Counted from the first letter of the whole stretch, positions 46,959 to 59,800 are shown. The stretch: 63,990 bases of DNA, filler included, from Rhizaria sp. SCN 62-66 (GCA_001724265.1; 11 parts of 11 records of this genome joined end to end with filler, not necessarily neighbours in it); one strand, 5' to 3'. Program-made: numbers and translations. The notes: generated by a model not told the origin, from the sequence alone.

Positions 46959-47485
46959 ATGTCTACCACCGCAACGCTTGCGCCCTACGCCACACAATGT
47001 GCTAAGAAGCACGCAACAAGAAATCTGCGCGAGGCCTTCACGGCTGTCATTCTACTGCAATGGCGACTCAACCGCGCCACCACGCTCGAAGAACTCGTGC
47101 AATGCGCCGATCACTACGTGTGGTACTTTTACCGCGGACACCGGAACGCAATCTACTTGCTGTGGACACTGTTCTGGCCGTTCCTGCACTGGCGCGGCTG
47201 CACGCACACCTACAGCATCTTTCTGACGTGCCTGCGCTTCCAGAACTTGGCAGAACTGTGTCCGCGCTGCAGTTACGAATACGGCGACCTATATCAAATG
47301 TTCGTCAGTGAGACTACGCACGTAGTTAGCAAAGTACTGCGCTTAGTGCCGACCAACAAACCTACCAGCATGTACCATTGGAATCCCCACGTGTCGCGCC
47401 TCATGTTGTTAGCCACTGTGCGCAACATACTCACGCAGCTCTGTCGTTATGCGTGGGATGTGCGGCCTTACAAAAACAGTCGTGC
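46959..47485 (+). CDS. Hypothetical protein, 3' truncated
   Basis: Open frame from ATG 46959 to the contig end. Confidence 0.55.
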
Positions 47486-47586
47486 NNNNNNNNNNNNNNN
47501 NNNNNNNNNNNNNNNNNNNNNNNNNNNNNTTAATTAATTAANNNNNNNNNNNNNNNNNNNNNNNNNNNNNNNNNNNNNNNNNNNNC

Positions 47587-47970
<384 letters not shown>

Positions 47971-48484
47971 GCACTGTCCTGTCATGTTATAAGTTGCGAC
48001 TGCTGTGAAGTCAAGCCAAGTAAATAAGGGATCATTTATTATTGTATATGTTCATTTCTTTCCCGTATGGCTGACCCATTTCAAAAGAAATTTCCAAAGT
48101 TCTTTACGAACCAAAACACTCACAATTTAGTTTAGCAATCGATGTCATTGTCAATAGGTACGACTATAAAATGAAGCAATTCGTAGAAGAGAATGTACTA
48201 ATATTTTTCACATTTACAACGAAGATAAACAATTTATTTATTTAAGGTTTGTTTTTTTACTGTTACGTTTGTTTGTTGTGTTATAATACTGAAATAAGCA
48301 TGAAATTAATTGTTGTTACGCGCATATCCTGTTACGTCATGCGATGGAAAATTGGGTTGACATCTCCGCGTATTGCAAAGAATAAACAAAGAAATACAGT
48401 GGATACATCTGATACATATGTACTACTAATGATAAAACTATTTTTAAAGGTCATTGTTTTGCTTGTGTGTGACTAAAAGTAAAA

Positions 48485-51400
48485 TTACACACTGAGCACC
48501 ATTACAGGCTTACCTGCCTCGGCTCGTTGTCCGTTTACGCGGCCCCACACGTGGCGCTGCCACAGCGGTAAAGACGTGCTTTCTGCCGACTGTGCTCGCT
48601 CGGCCCTGCTGCGCGCACTGGCACCCACAGCCACCATCTCAACCATCTCTGTCCACTGTCCGTGCTCGCGATCACGATTACACGAGCGTATTGGACTGTT
48701 GTTGCTGTTTCCCGCATATCTGTCGCAGCCGCTCTCATAAGATGAGCAGTCACAGGCGCCCGCACAAGCGCACGCAAGACTCGCCGATGACACGGGCGGA
48801 GCAGTGCTAGCGACGTCATTCTCAACAGGTCCGCTCTCGGTCGCCAACACGCTTTCATGCGCGCACGCGCCGCACACCAGCAAACCGTCGCGCTCGACAA
48901 AGCTGTTGTTGTTGCCGTCAGCGTGGCAGTCGCGGAGCAGCGGCGCATCGCATGCGGCGCAAGCCACCAGTGCAGAGCAGTCACGGCAGAGTGTGTATGC
49001 GCGCGCCAACGCGCCTGAAGATGGCGACGCGCGCGTCGTGCGCGGTGAGACTCGAGCCGCAGCAGTGGCAACAGCGGCGGCCGCGGCAACTGCGGCCGCG
49101 TCCGTGGCAGCAGCCACAGCCGTCAGCGCCACAGGATCACGCAGCAGCCCCAGCAGCTCGAACGCCTTGAGAGGGATGCACTGACGCGCTGCCATCGTGC
49201 TGGGGCTCATGGGGGCGTAGCGGGAGACAGGCGCAGGCAGAGCGAGAGCGGCAGTGAAGTCCGTGCCGGTATGCGTATTGTCAAAGCGAGTGTCGATGTC
49301 AGCAGACTCGCCGAAGTCAGCTTGAACAAGCACAAAACCGTCCTCAGCATCGTCAACTTCGTCTTCCTGCCCGCAGATCTTGGTCACATCGTGCACCTTA
49401 CTGACCTCTCTGCGGACGTCACCAACCACACGTCGGCCTCCGCGGGCACGGCGACGGCGTCGGGCCCAGTCCGCAGCGGGCCCATCGGGCACACCGCAGT
49501 GCAAGCAGCGCACAAGCGGCCACGCCACCCACGGCCCCGCGCGCACTGTGTTCGTGAGTGCCACTTCTGTGACTCGCTCCAACGCGTTGGTTGCTGTCTT
49601 AGTTGCGGGCTCCAGAGCCTCTGGCGAGTCTTCGGGAGTGTCGCTTTCAACAAGCTCAAACGCACTAGCTTGGAGATTGCATTCAGGACCGACGACTGCG
49701 CTATCCGTCTTAGCGGCGTCACCCAGCGTATCGCGCGTGTCGCAGACATCGCGGCTCTCAGCGTCGGAAATGCGTCGGACGACCTCCATCACGGTCGGCA
49801 CAGCGTCGTCAGCGCGGGCGCTCCTGCTGCTGCTGCTGCTGTTAAGACTGCCTGCGTGGCTGCAGCGCGGGCCGGGCCGGTCGCCGGGCAGCCACTCGGC
49901 GCAGAGACTGGCGGCTAGCGAGTGGGTCGCCGAGCCCAAGCCACCGCGCGCGCAGCCCGCGCCGCCGCACTCGCAGCAGTCGTCACAGGCACGCGCGCCC
50001 CACGCCGCGTACCGCACGCTGCACGCCGTGGCAGCTCTCTCGCCTGCCTCGCTGCTGCCACCAAGACTGTCGCGGTCTGCGGGCGCGTCCGCCGCGGCGT
50101 CGTCGGCGGGGCGCTCGCTGTAGCACTCCTCGCAGTCGCCACAGCCGCCGCAGCGCCCGTAGTATAGCCCGCCCGCGCACCCGGCGGCCGCGGACAGCGG
50201 CGTGCCGGGACGCGGCGGCCCGCAGCCGTACGCGCCGCCGCCGTTGTGGCCGTACGGAAGGGCGAATGACGGACCGACCAGCGCGGCGTGCGCTTGCGCG
50301 GCGGGGTCGAGTCCCAGCGGCGCGGCGAACGACAGCGCCCCGTAACGCGCGCCGGCGAGCTCGAGCGCAACGAACGCGCCGTCGCAGTCGTCCGCATCCG
50401 CACCGTCGCCGCGTGGGCCAAGGTCTCCGGTGTGCGAGCGCGCGCGGGCAGCGGTCGGGGTAGCGCCACTACGGTCGCTGTCGAGCCAGTCCCAAGCCTC
50501 GGCGCCCGCCAGCGAAGGCGCGGGCGACAGCGCGGGCGTGCGCACTGCGTTGGCCGTTGTCGTTGTCGTCGCCGTTGCGGCGGCAGTCGCGCCGGCCACT
50601 GTCGCAGCGGTCTTGCACGCATGCCGTGCGTCAGCCCCACGGTACGGCAGTGAAGCGCGCAGCGGCAGCGCGGACGAAGCTGCGGCGCCCGCAGTCGCTG
50701 TCTTCGTCGTCGCCGCCGAGCCCGGGCGCGATGGAGCCAGCGACGCCTCGCCTGAGCCGCGCGACGCAAACGAGGCCTGCGAGACAAGACGCACGCTGCG
50801 CCCGTTGTTGTTTGCAGCAACACCGGCGCCCGCACACGCGCCCGCGCCCCCCGCGCCCGCCGCGCTGTCGTCGTCGGAAGTGCCCACGAGCGTGAAAGAG
50901 AGCGCACACGAGGACGCCGTCGCGGGCAGCACGCTGGCTGCCGGCGAAGCGCCTGAGCGTGCGTTGCTCAGGTCCGGCGGCTGCATTGTGCGCCGCGCCA
51001 GCGACTGCTGCGGCTGCGGCTGCAGGGTTTGCAGCGTCAGCTCGGGCTCGGGCTGCGGCTCCGGAGACTGTGTTGCGTCCTCGGAGCTGGCGCCGCTGCG
51101 CGCGGTCGCCAGCGGGGCAGGCGCTGCCAACGTCAGCGTAAGCGAGCGCGTTGGCGCTGCGCTTTGCACAGCTATCGCCGTTGTTGACGCCGTTCGACCT
51201 GCCCCTGCGCCTGGGACAGCCATCTGCGCGCTGCCCGTTGAAGCTGCGACTGAGGCCGAGGCGGAGGCGCCGAGCGTCGCGGAGACGGTCTTGCCCGGCC
51301 GGGCGCCTGCGCGGCCCGCACGGCGCGAGAGCCCCGAGCGCTGCAGCCCCACCAGCGCGGCGTGCTGAGCCTGCGTCGCGAACGCGTGCTGCCCAGTCTT

Positions 51401-51769
51401 GACCGGCTGCACTGCTGTCGGGCCCGCCACTGGCGAAGGCGAGGGCGCGGGTGAGGAGGCGAGAGAGCTCAGATGCAGCGACAGCTCGTCAGAACCCCCA
51501 GCGCTGCCGGCGGTGCAGGAAATATGGTTGTTCAGAGTGGCAGCCGGGGCTGGAACTGTGGCAGGACTATCGCTTGCGGCGGCTGAGGGCGTAAAGCCGC
51601 AGGAGGAGGCGAAGGCGAGTCTGGCGCCGGCCTCGCTCTCAACGCAGTCACCGTCAACAAACTCAAACGTGGAGTTGCTAGTCGGCATGGATAACTGCGA
51701 CTGCGCGTCCGCGTTTGAATGTTCGTCGAGGGGAAGCCGCGTAAGTTCGCGGGGCGCGTCCGTCGCCAT
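48485..51769 (-). CDS. 1094-aa low-complexity protein with Cys clusters (C-terminal LIM-like finger)
   Basis: Long ATG-TAA ORF; CRDC...CAACDAPL...FVERDGLLVCGAC. Confidence 0.65.
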   Translation of the reverse strand: MATDAPRELTRLPLDEHSNADAQSQLSMPTSNSTFEFVDGDCVESEAGARLAFASSCGFTPSAAASDSPATVPAPAATLNNHISCTAGSAGGSDELSLHLSSLASSPAPSPSPVAGPTAVQPVKTGQHAFATQAQHAALVGLQRSGLSRRAGRAGARPGKTVSATLGASASASVAASTGSAQMAVPGAGAGRTASTTAIAVQSAAPTRSLTLTLAAPAPLATARSGASSEDATQSPEPQPEPELTLQTLQPQPQQSLARRTMQPPDLSNARSGASPAASVLPATASSCALSFTLVGTSDDDSAAGAGGAGACAGAGVAANNNGRSVRLVSQASFASRGSGEASLAPSRPGSAATTKTATAGAAASSALPLRASLPYRGADARHACKTAATVAGATAAATATTTTTANAVRTPALSPAPSLAGAEAWDWLDSDRSGATPTAARARSHTGDLGPRGDGADADDCDGAFVALELAGARYGALSFAAPLGLDPAAQAHAALVGPSFALPYGHNGGGAYGCGPPRPGTPLSAAAGCAGGLYYGRCGGCGDCEECYSERPADDAAADAPADRDSLGGSSEAGERAATACSVRYAAWGARACDDCCECGGAGCARGGLGSATHSLAASLCAEWLPGDRPGPRCSHAGSLNSSSSSRSARADDAVPTVMEVVRRISDAESRDVCDTRDTLGDAAKTDSAVVGPECNLQASAFELVESDTPEDSPEALEPATKTATNALERVTEVALTNTVRAGPWVAWPLVRCLHCGVPDGPAADWARRRRRARGGRRVVGDVRREVSKVHDVTKICGQEDEVDDAEDGFVLVQADFGESADIDTRFDNTHTGTDFTAALALPAPVSRYAPMSPSTMAARQCIPLKAFELLGLLRDPVALTAVAAATDAAAVAAAAAVATAAARVSPRTTRASPSSGALARAYTLCRDCSALVACAACDAPLLRDCHADGNNNSFVERDGLLVCGACAHESVLATESGPVENDVASTAPPVSSASLACACAGACDCSSYESGCDRYAGNSNNSPIRSCNRDREHGQWTEMVEMVAVGASARSRAERAQSAESTSLPLWQRHVWGRVNGQRAEAGKPVMVLSV

Positions 51770-53218
51770 GATGCTCCGCCCTGTTTGTTGCTAGACTACG
51801 CTGCTACTTAGAATTCAGCACAAATCTGACGACAGATAGAAATGTGAGCAAATAAAAAAGATAACATGTTAGTATTTAATTCGGAATCTCGAATTACCAT
51901 CGTGTTTTCTGGATGATCAATCGCTATCAAACTCGATAAAGAAAAATCGCGTGTGATGGGTCACGTCGATCTTTGATTCGGATCATTTGACCGGTCACAC
52001 TCGTTTGTCTGCGGCGTTGTGCGGAAACCAATAAAGAATCGTAAATTAACATTATATTATAATATGAACTTAATGTCAAAATATAATAATACGGTGAAGA
52101 TCTTGTACATCTCCCAATGAAGAATGTCAGCCTCATGCGACGTTCTTCCGACTCGATCCGGACCACAAACGCGGTTTTTGTATGCAAACGGCACCATATG
52201 ATGCATTTCACGTGGAAATTGGATTAAGAACGTGCGAAAACTTTATATATTGTCGCTAGCACTTGAACGTACCCAATAATTGTATTTTTCAAGTTTTCAT
52301 TGAAAATATACCAGTTTATCTTTGCTCGTTCTACGACTATGCGCTCCGTAGCGACGTCTGTTGAGAGCAATAAGACGTCTAGACAGCACATTTCATTAAT
52401 CGAACGGCTTCGATTGCAATATCCCAACGTATCATTTTAATACGTAACTTATGGTAGAAAGCTGAATTAGGCTTGTGATCAAAAGCCTGCATTGATGGTC
52501 TTTAGGGCAAGCGTGGCAAGTTGTAAGTGGGTACAAACGCATGGATATACGTTCTAATAGACACTTTCAAGATAAATATGCACATTCCAGGAAATAAATT
52601 TGCTCTAAGTAGCATATACTGACGAATTGAACTTGATCTTGCCTATAATTAAGCGTTAGACCTTGTTCACATCCGTCTCGTAGTTTTCGAGAGAGCAGTG
52701 TGGAGGGTCCAAAGAGAGATGACAGCGAGGGCAGGAGTTTGATGTGACAACAATGAGCTTAGAAAGAGAAATATTAGTGGTACATTATAAGCACTTAATA
52801 CATTACTACGCGTAACAATACCCTCTGTGACGATCATTAAGTGTGTATTTGCCTTGGCGGAATCAACCTTGAGTGGGCCTTACTCATGCCCTTGAGGGCA
52901 GAAGCAGACGACAGGTTTGCCCCAGGACTTAGCGAATACGGGGAAAGGAAATGCCTACACAAATCCGCATATGTGCGGCAACATAAATTCGCGATATGTA
53001 TATTCCTGCATTCAGCTATTGAAACCGCACAAAACCGTACATATTTGAACGCAAAAAGCTATGGGCAACCAGTCAAACCCGTTAACATTCCATTAAGGGG
53101 CGTTATGTAGATGGTCAGNNNNNNNNNNNNNNNNNNNNNNNNNNNNNNNNNNNNNNNNNNNNTTAATTAATTAANNNNNNNNNNNNNNNNNNNNNNNNNN
53201 NNNNNNNNNNNNNNNNNN

Positions 53219-54592
53219 CGTGCTGCCGGGGTCGTAATCGTCCTCGTCGCTAGGGTTCGGCGCCAGCGCCGGCAGTACGCCCGCCGGCAGCGGCACGGGG
53301 GTCGAGAAGTGTGGCACAAAGCCCTTGCCGCCGAGGGGGGGGCGCCACGGCAGCGCGCTGGCCTCGTTGATGGCGGCGGCAGCGACCTGGCTCTCGACGT
53401 CTTTGCCGAGGAATGGCAGCAGCGCCGCGTCCGGGTGGCGCAGGCGGCCGGTTAAATAGCGGCGGTGCGCGCAGTTGTCATAGGCCCAAGAGGAGAGCGC
53501 AGCGCCAGAGGAGCGGGCGGCTGAGGGGGCCAATATTGAAGCGGCAGGGGCCGAGGGGGCTGAGCTAAGCGGAGGCTGCAGTCGGAGTGCGGTCGGAAGT
53601 GGCTTTTTGCTTGTGCTAGCATGTGCATGAGGCGGACTGTTCGCTTCATTGACATTCTCGATCGAGATAACGACTTCTTGAGTGGTCGCAACGTCAGAAA
53701 CGACACGCGCAGCACATGTCGCGTTAGCGGTGCTGTTGACAGGAGCGGGATTAGTTCTCTGTGGCCCGTCTTCCTCCTCTTCCTCTTCACTGCTCACAAA
53801 TACGCCATCTTTGTGCACACTAGCGCATGCAGCGGCCCCCGGCGCAGCGCCCGTCGAGTCGTCATTGTGACTGCGGGCCTAAGCCTGAGCCTGAGCTTGA
53901 GCAGTAGCAGAAGCAGAAGCAGAAGCAGCTGGCGAGGGGCACGCTACGAGCGCAGCCAGTGCGTCTGCTGCGGCTGAATGGAACACTTGCGCAACAGTGC
54001 AACGCTTCAGGTACTGCATGCCGGGGGCCTCCCACGTAGTGGCGGGAGCGTTGCCGACGAGCGGAGCAGGATGAAGCAGCGGGCCGGTGGCGATCGTGCC
54101 CAACGCGCGGCGCAGCACGAGGTCGGTCAGCGCGGCGTTGGCTACCAAGACCGGAGACGCGGCCATCGCGGGGAAACGCGGGCCGGGGGCGAAGGCGCCG
54201 CGGGGGCGCGCGGCGGCCGTTGCGGCTTCGACCGTGGCGGCCGAGTAGGGCGCGAGGTCCGACGGCAGCGGCAAATGCTGCAGTGTGGAAGCGTGCAACG
54301 CAGATGTCGGGTCGTCTGAGAGAAGGACTGAGGAAAGTGATGTGTTTGTGGTGTACAGTGCACGCTCTGAGTTGTCATGAGTGGCGTAGTCATTATTATT
54401 GTGGTTGTTACGGTGTGTGCTGTCGCTGGTGCTGTTGTTGTCAGTCAGAGCGTGCTGAGGTTGATGTTGCCCGGAAGCGGAATTGGGCTCACAGTACTGT
54501 TTGTACTCTGGGTTTTGCTGCTGCTGCTGCGGCTGTGAGACAGTTATGATCGCGTCCCATCCCAAGAGGAGCTCGTACTCAGCGGTGGACAT
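53219..54592 (-). CDS. Low-complexity hypothetical protein, 3' truncated; one in-frame TAG
   Basis: ORFs 53879-54592 and 53171-53818 share a frame and are joined across TAG 53881-53879 inside an Ala-Gln repeat. Confidence 0.65.
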
Positions 54593-55568
54593 GCTGCTGA
54601 TGAAGCAGACTGGCTTGCTTCCTTACAAACGGACCCTCAATGATAGCTACAACGGGGACAAGTGGGAAATTAGGGCCCGGTACCACGTAGAAACCAAGAT
54701 GTGGGCTAAGATAAGAAGAGCACATAGAAAAAATCAAAAGACTCATCGTCAGAAAATTGGCAAAAAGAAAAACGGAACCCTGCCAGTGGAACTTGTTAAA
54801 GCGGCTTGCAAATATATCTCATGAGCCTTTCATTCGTGATTCGTTGCAAAAAAAGCCAAAAAAAGAATTGATATGGTGCATTGTCTAAATTTGTTAAATT
54901 ATGCATGTGTTAAGCTGCCCTACATCGACATGTACAGGATTCCATATCAACGCTCTGCCGATCTGCGAACTTCCAAACGGCTCCGAACAATAGAAACCTA
55001 CATCACCGACTATATTGGCACATATACAAGTGCCTGGGCGTTTGTCTGCCTGTTTTTCCATGCTATAATTGCATTACATTGACAATGAAACTGAATGATG
55101 AAGGGCTTGATTTGCTTGGGGTGGATTTACGGTGCGAAATCGTATCATACATGTGTCGTAGTTCTGGGCTGAACCCAATGTTGCGGCAGAACGTCTTTGA
55201 CAGATATGCAAAAGAAATTACGCTATGTATGACTTTGGAGTATGATGCTGAGTGTGTGTGCGGATATGCGTACATATACATACGTGTTGCATAGCAAACC
55301 AAGACCAAAAATGAATCTGCGTTCGCATGACGTACGCTTACCACAGGCTGTTTTCAAAGACAAACGTTTAATCACAGAAAAAAGAAAATTGACAGAAAAA
55401 AAAAAAAAAGCACAGAAAAATATGTACACTCACCATAAAAAGTCATACCTTTTGACTCGTTCACGTCTGCATGCGCGCAACGCATGACGACTTTGTAGTT
55501 TAAGTTACTTGGGTTTCGAACAACGCGAATAAGTATTGCTTACGCTGCTGTTGTTGTTTGTTATTGAT

Positions 55569-58500
55569 TCACTCAGGAATTCGGCGAGCCAGGGACTCAA
55601 AGTCAACCTGTAAGTGCCTCCTGGAGTTGGCCGAGTGGCCGCCACCGTAGAACTCGTCGGGGCAGCAGCACTCGTCGTCGAGCGTGTCGTTGAACACATA
55701 CACGAGCCCGATCAGCATGGGCACCATGTAGATGAAGAGCGGGATGTTGGCCACCATGAGGGACGGCGCCCAGAGCGGGTCTGCGGGGTTCCACAGCCGG
55801 TTGACGTAGAGCGCGAGCATTGCGATCCAGATCACAAAAGGCGCGAAGCCCAGTGAAATTACGATAGCTGTGAACATGCCCTCTTTGTACCGAAACCAAA
55901 TAACGGCGATAAACATCGCGAGGGCCGTGGCGAGGAACGGGGAAAAAGCGGCAAGGCCGGTGATGTTAAAACCTTCAAGCTTGGCGTTGACAAGAGCGAA
56001 GAAGCAGAGGAACTGGCCCCAAACGAACCACGCCATGCATACGCGAATGCCAACCCGGTCGAAAAGCTTGTCACAGCAGTCTTCGTCGGAATCGTCGAAG
56101 GAGACGCAGGGCGGTAGACACTGCATTGCGAGAAAGGCATAGGCGGGAATAAAGCCGATGGTGTACGAGACAGAGATAAGGTCTGTGCAGATTAGCACAA
56201 CCATGATGATTTGCGCAAAGATCGCGAACGCAGATGAAAACATCCAGAATGAGCCGCAACAGCTTTCTGAGTAGACGTCGGCAAGAACGTGGAGGAATTT
56301 GGCGACGAGACCGTGCGGACTGGGAAGCTGGAAGACCCACTTGCGAGAACGGCGTGGCGCGAGCGCGCCCACAGTGTCTGCGCTCACAGTGGGGGCGTCG
56401 CAGCAGTAGAGCCGGAACCCAATCTACGCCACAGGTGAAAGAAAGAACAGCAGCAAGGAATTAAACAGATGATGAGTATGAACAAGCGTATGAACAGTGT
56501 GAAAAAAGTATGGCAAAGATGTTTAATTTCGACAATGGTTTTACATTGAAACGTACCTGACTCTCTGCGGCGGCCGCGACATGCTCTAAAGAGACTTCTT
56601 CAGTTGTAGTGTCGCTGTCCGGCCTCTCCGAACAACAGTCTAGCTCTGCGACAATGGACAGCGCAAAAGACAGCGTGATCGCGATCAAGAACACAACGGC
56701 GGGCCACATCTCGTAGATGGAATAGCTTCCGCCGACGTGTTTGCGGTAGATGAGCAGAATGGGGAACGCGATCAGCAGCAGCAAGATTGCGATGTGTATA
56801 ATGTGCGTCTGAAAGCACTTGTACAACCGTTGGACGAAGTTGCACTCGTACAGAGAGTCCTGGATTTCGCGCTTGGCCGCGTTGTCGGTCCAGTCGAAGA
56901 GCGCTTGCAGCAACATCTCCGGCTGCCGGGGCCGCTGCAGCAGCGCCAGCGGGTGGACGACTGACGGCACGGAGAGTGCATCCAAGCCGATAAAAACGCC
57001 GAACATGGGTGCTGCGGGCCAGAAAGACACGGCGGGACCGAATACGTCGGCGTCGGATGGCACATCGCTGCCCTTCGTATTGCTACCGTCGTTCTTGGTT
57101 GGCGCACGTGCATTCGCACTTGCACTGTCCGAACTGCTGTTGCTGCTGCTGTTGTTGCTGTTGTTGCAGCCCGCGAAAGGCTGGCGCAGCGGTTTCCCGG
57201 CCATCGGCACCGACCCCAGCGCAATACGCGGCTGCGTCGACATCAGGAACGGCTCCAGCGGCGACGGTGCGTAAGTGCGGGCGCCGCCGCGCGTGGTCGC
57301 AGCGGACAGTGCGGAGCCCGGCGGGGCCGGGACTGTGGCCGGCAACAAAGCGTTATGGGGCACATTGATCGACAGACAGGTTGCTACGAAGAGACCGTTG
57401 AGAAAGGCGGAGGCCGCAGCGTTGACGGCCTCAGCGCCCGCCTCGCCGGCGCTGGCGTTCAGATTCGTCGTGCTGTTGACGCTCGTCGTGTCCATGTTCG
57501 GCTTGGGGGCCGCGTCGACGGCGACGTATTCGACGATGAATGGCAGGCCGACAGCGTGCGTCGCGGCCCGGGACTGCGCGCCAGCACCCGCGCGCAAGCC
57601 TGGGGCGGCGGCGGCAGCAGCGTCAGCGTCGCGCGCTTGAGACCCGGACGCGACGGGGAGCGGGGGGGCATCGCACTGGAAGTGGAGCGGCGGCGGCGGC
57701 GGGGACGGCTCAGTCTCAAGCAACGCCGCTTGCGACTGCAACTGCGACAGCATGAGCTTCGAGAGCACGACGCTCGACGGCGACGACGGCACCAGCATAG
57801 CGCCGTGGTCGCTCGTGCTCGTGCTCGCACTTGCAGCAGCGCTGCCGCGAGCGCTGTTGGCGCCAGCAACGTCTGCAGACACGACGTACACCTGACTCCG
57901 CGTGCCGTCATTACCGGCGCTGGTCAGAGTCTTTGTGTGACCATTGCTGTCCTTGCTGCTTCCCTTGATGTTGCTGACATGCGTCGCCGCGGCGCGCTGG
58001 GCATCCGCTCGCGCCTGCTCGGCAGCCAGCACCGTGCCGACCACCGGCGCGGGCCCCGCCGGCCCCACAGCGCTGGCGGGCAGCACCGAGCCCACCGCGG
58101 CCATGGCGCCGACGCCGGGGAGCGTCTCAATCGGGCACCGCTGCAGCCACGTGTGCGACGTCGCGTGCAACTCCGGCATGGTCTACTCGCCCATACTTTC
58201 AAGCGAGCGCGCGGTGGCGCGCGACGCGCGGCCCGCCCAAACCGGGTGCGCCGAGAGGTCCGCGCGGTGCAGAGTCTTCAGCTCGAGCAGCGCGAGGCGC
58301 TCCTCGGCGGTGAAGAGCGTCGAGAAGTGGAACAGCGCGGTGTCCACCGGCTGCAAGGCAGCAGCGACGCCGTATTGCGCTGTCGTTGCAGTTGTGCCGA
58401 TGTTGTTGTTGTTGTTCTCGTTCTTGTTAAAAGTCGCAGAGGCATGGATCGGGATGGACTGGTCAGCCTGGTGGCTGTGACTAGGACTGTGGTTCGCAGA

Positions 58501-58669
58501 ATTGACCGGATTGACCCGGCCGTTACTGTCATGACTGTGAGTAACACTATCAGGCAACCGCGGCACCGTCACTGCGTTCAGCTCTGCAGTGGAGAAGACT
58601 TGAAAGCGGATTAGCGGCAGCAAATCCCAGAGCTCCAGCCTGACCAACCGGGGATCCTGGTCATCGAGC
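55569..58669 (-). CDS. Large protein with C-terminal multi-pass membrane region (TMEM185/FAM11-like); intron 56556-56424; one in-frame TAG; 5' truncated
   Basis: The frame runs from the contig end through TAG 58185-58183 into the 572-aa ORF; a phase-0 GTACG...TAG intron joins ESQ|IGFRL to the 272-aa TM ORF; LVNAKLEG...AFSPF and LALYVN...IPLFI repeats; stop TGA. Confidence 0.7.
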
Positions 58670-59016
58670 NNNNNNNNNNNNNNNNNNNNNNNNNNNNNNN
58701 NNNNNNNNNNNNNTTAATTAATTAANNNNNNNNNNNNNNNNNNNNNNNNNNNNNNNNNNNNNNNNNNNNTATAATGAGATCTAAATGAAATCCATGGTGT
58801 GAGACGATTTCCATTCGACCAATCAGGTGCCTCCTTTTCGTCCCGTCAGGCAAAAGTGCAGTGCCTATCCATAATATGATTCCGGAACCGATAATTGTCT
58901 GGTGCGGTCAGGCAAAAGTGCAGTGTTTGCCGTTAGGTGACAACGCACTCGAACAATGGCGCCAACCGCACACTTTGCACTTCGTGCGAGCTCGTACGAG
59001 GCCCGGGTAATCTACG

Positions 59017-59559
59017 ATGCCGCCCTGCACCACCCTGTCTAAGGCAAACGTTCGCTGCGTGGGCATGATCCACATGGGCCACTGGGATGATCCTGACGAC
59101 TTGAACGAGTTCCTCAGGTCGCTACCTGCTGTGTACTTCCAGTATGGTGCAATCCGCCTTCGAGCCGAGCCCAACGAGCACGACGCAACAGGTACGCGAG
59201 GTTGCGGACTATTTTTTTTCTCCTCTTGTTACGCCAATGTTGCATCGCTCACCAGCTCCACAGCTGTTGGCGTTTTTGATTATTCCGACGCCAGCGCACC
59301 CCCTCGCCGCTGTGGCTATGTTCATCGAGCTGCCGCCCGCGTGCTTTTCCCCGTTCTTTCAAACGGCGCGCTGGTGATTTCGTGCCGTGTTACACACGTT
59401 CTTGTACGTCGCGCCCTGGTACACGATTTTTCTTACGCGTTTTCTCCACAGGTCGACGGACGTACACCGGGCTGCATGGCCCTTGGGCTTCATTTCACGG
59501 GCCCTACCTCCATGAAGTTGACCGCGGACAAGCTTTCTCGTCTCCTCCGAGCGTGTTAA
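59017..59559 (+). CDS. Stand-alone HIRAN-domain protein; probable in-frame introns 59192-59263 and 59404-59451
   Basis: After splicing: CVG...IRLRAEPNEHDATAVGVF...CGYVHRAAARVLFPVL, matching the HIRAN pattern L.REP.N..D.NAI.V...GY..R..A..L.P; stop TAA. Confidence 0.7.
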   Translation: MPPCTTLSKANVRCVGMIHMGHWDDPDDLNEFLRSLPAVYFQYGAIRLRAEPNEHDATGTRGCGLFFFSSCYANVASLTSSTAVGVFDYSDASAPPRRCGYVHRAAARVLFPVLSNGALVISCRVTHVLVRRALVHDFSYAFSPQVDGRTPGCMALGLHFTGPTSMKLTADKLSRLLRAC

Positions 59560-59800
59560 ATTCATTTGTTGCTCTGTACGGTCGAATATATAGCGCCCTC
59601 TTTTTTTTGAATTGCCGTTCACTGCAGTCATAATTATGATGCCGAAAATTGTGATACATTATTCAAGTGTCGACAAGGTAGAATTTACCTTAACAATAGT
59701 CTCTTTATTATAATTATATCTTTTCTACTCTACCTGTTTGCGAAGAACTACTCTACTATCACTATTCACGAGCGCACTACGGCGAAGCTCTACTACTACT

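Noticed and set aside
51770..51830. In-frame TAG-CAA-CAA upstream of ATG 51769
   Set aside because: An in-frame TGA lies a few codons further upstream, so this is likely 5' UTR; not counted as recoding evidence.
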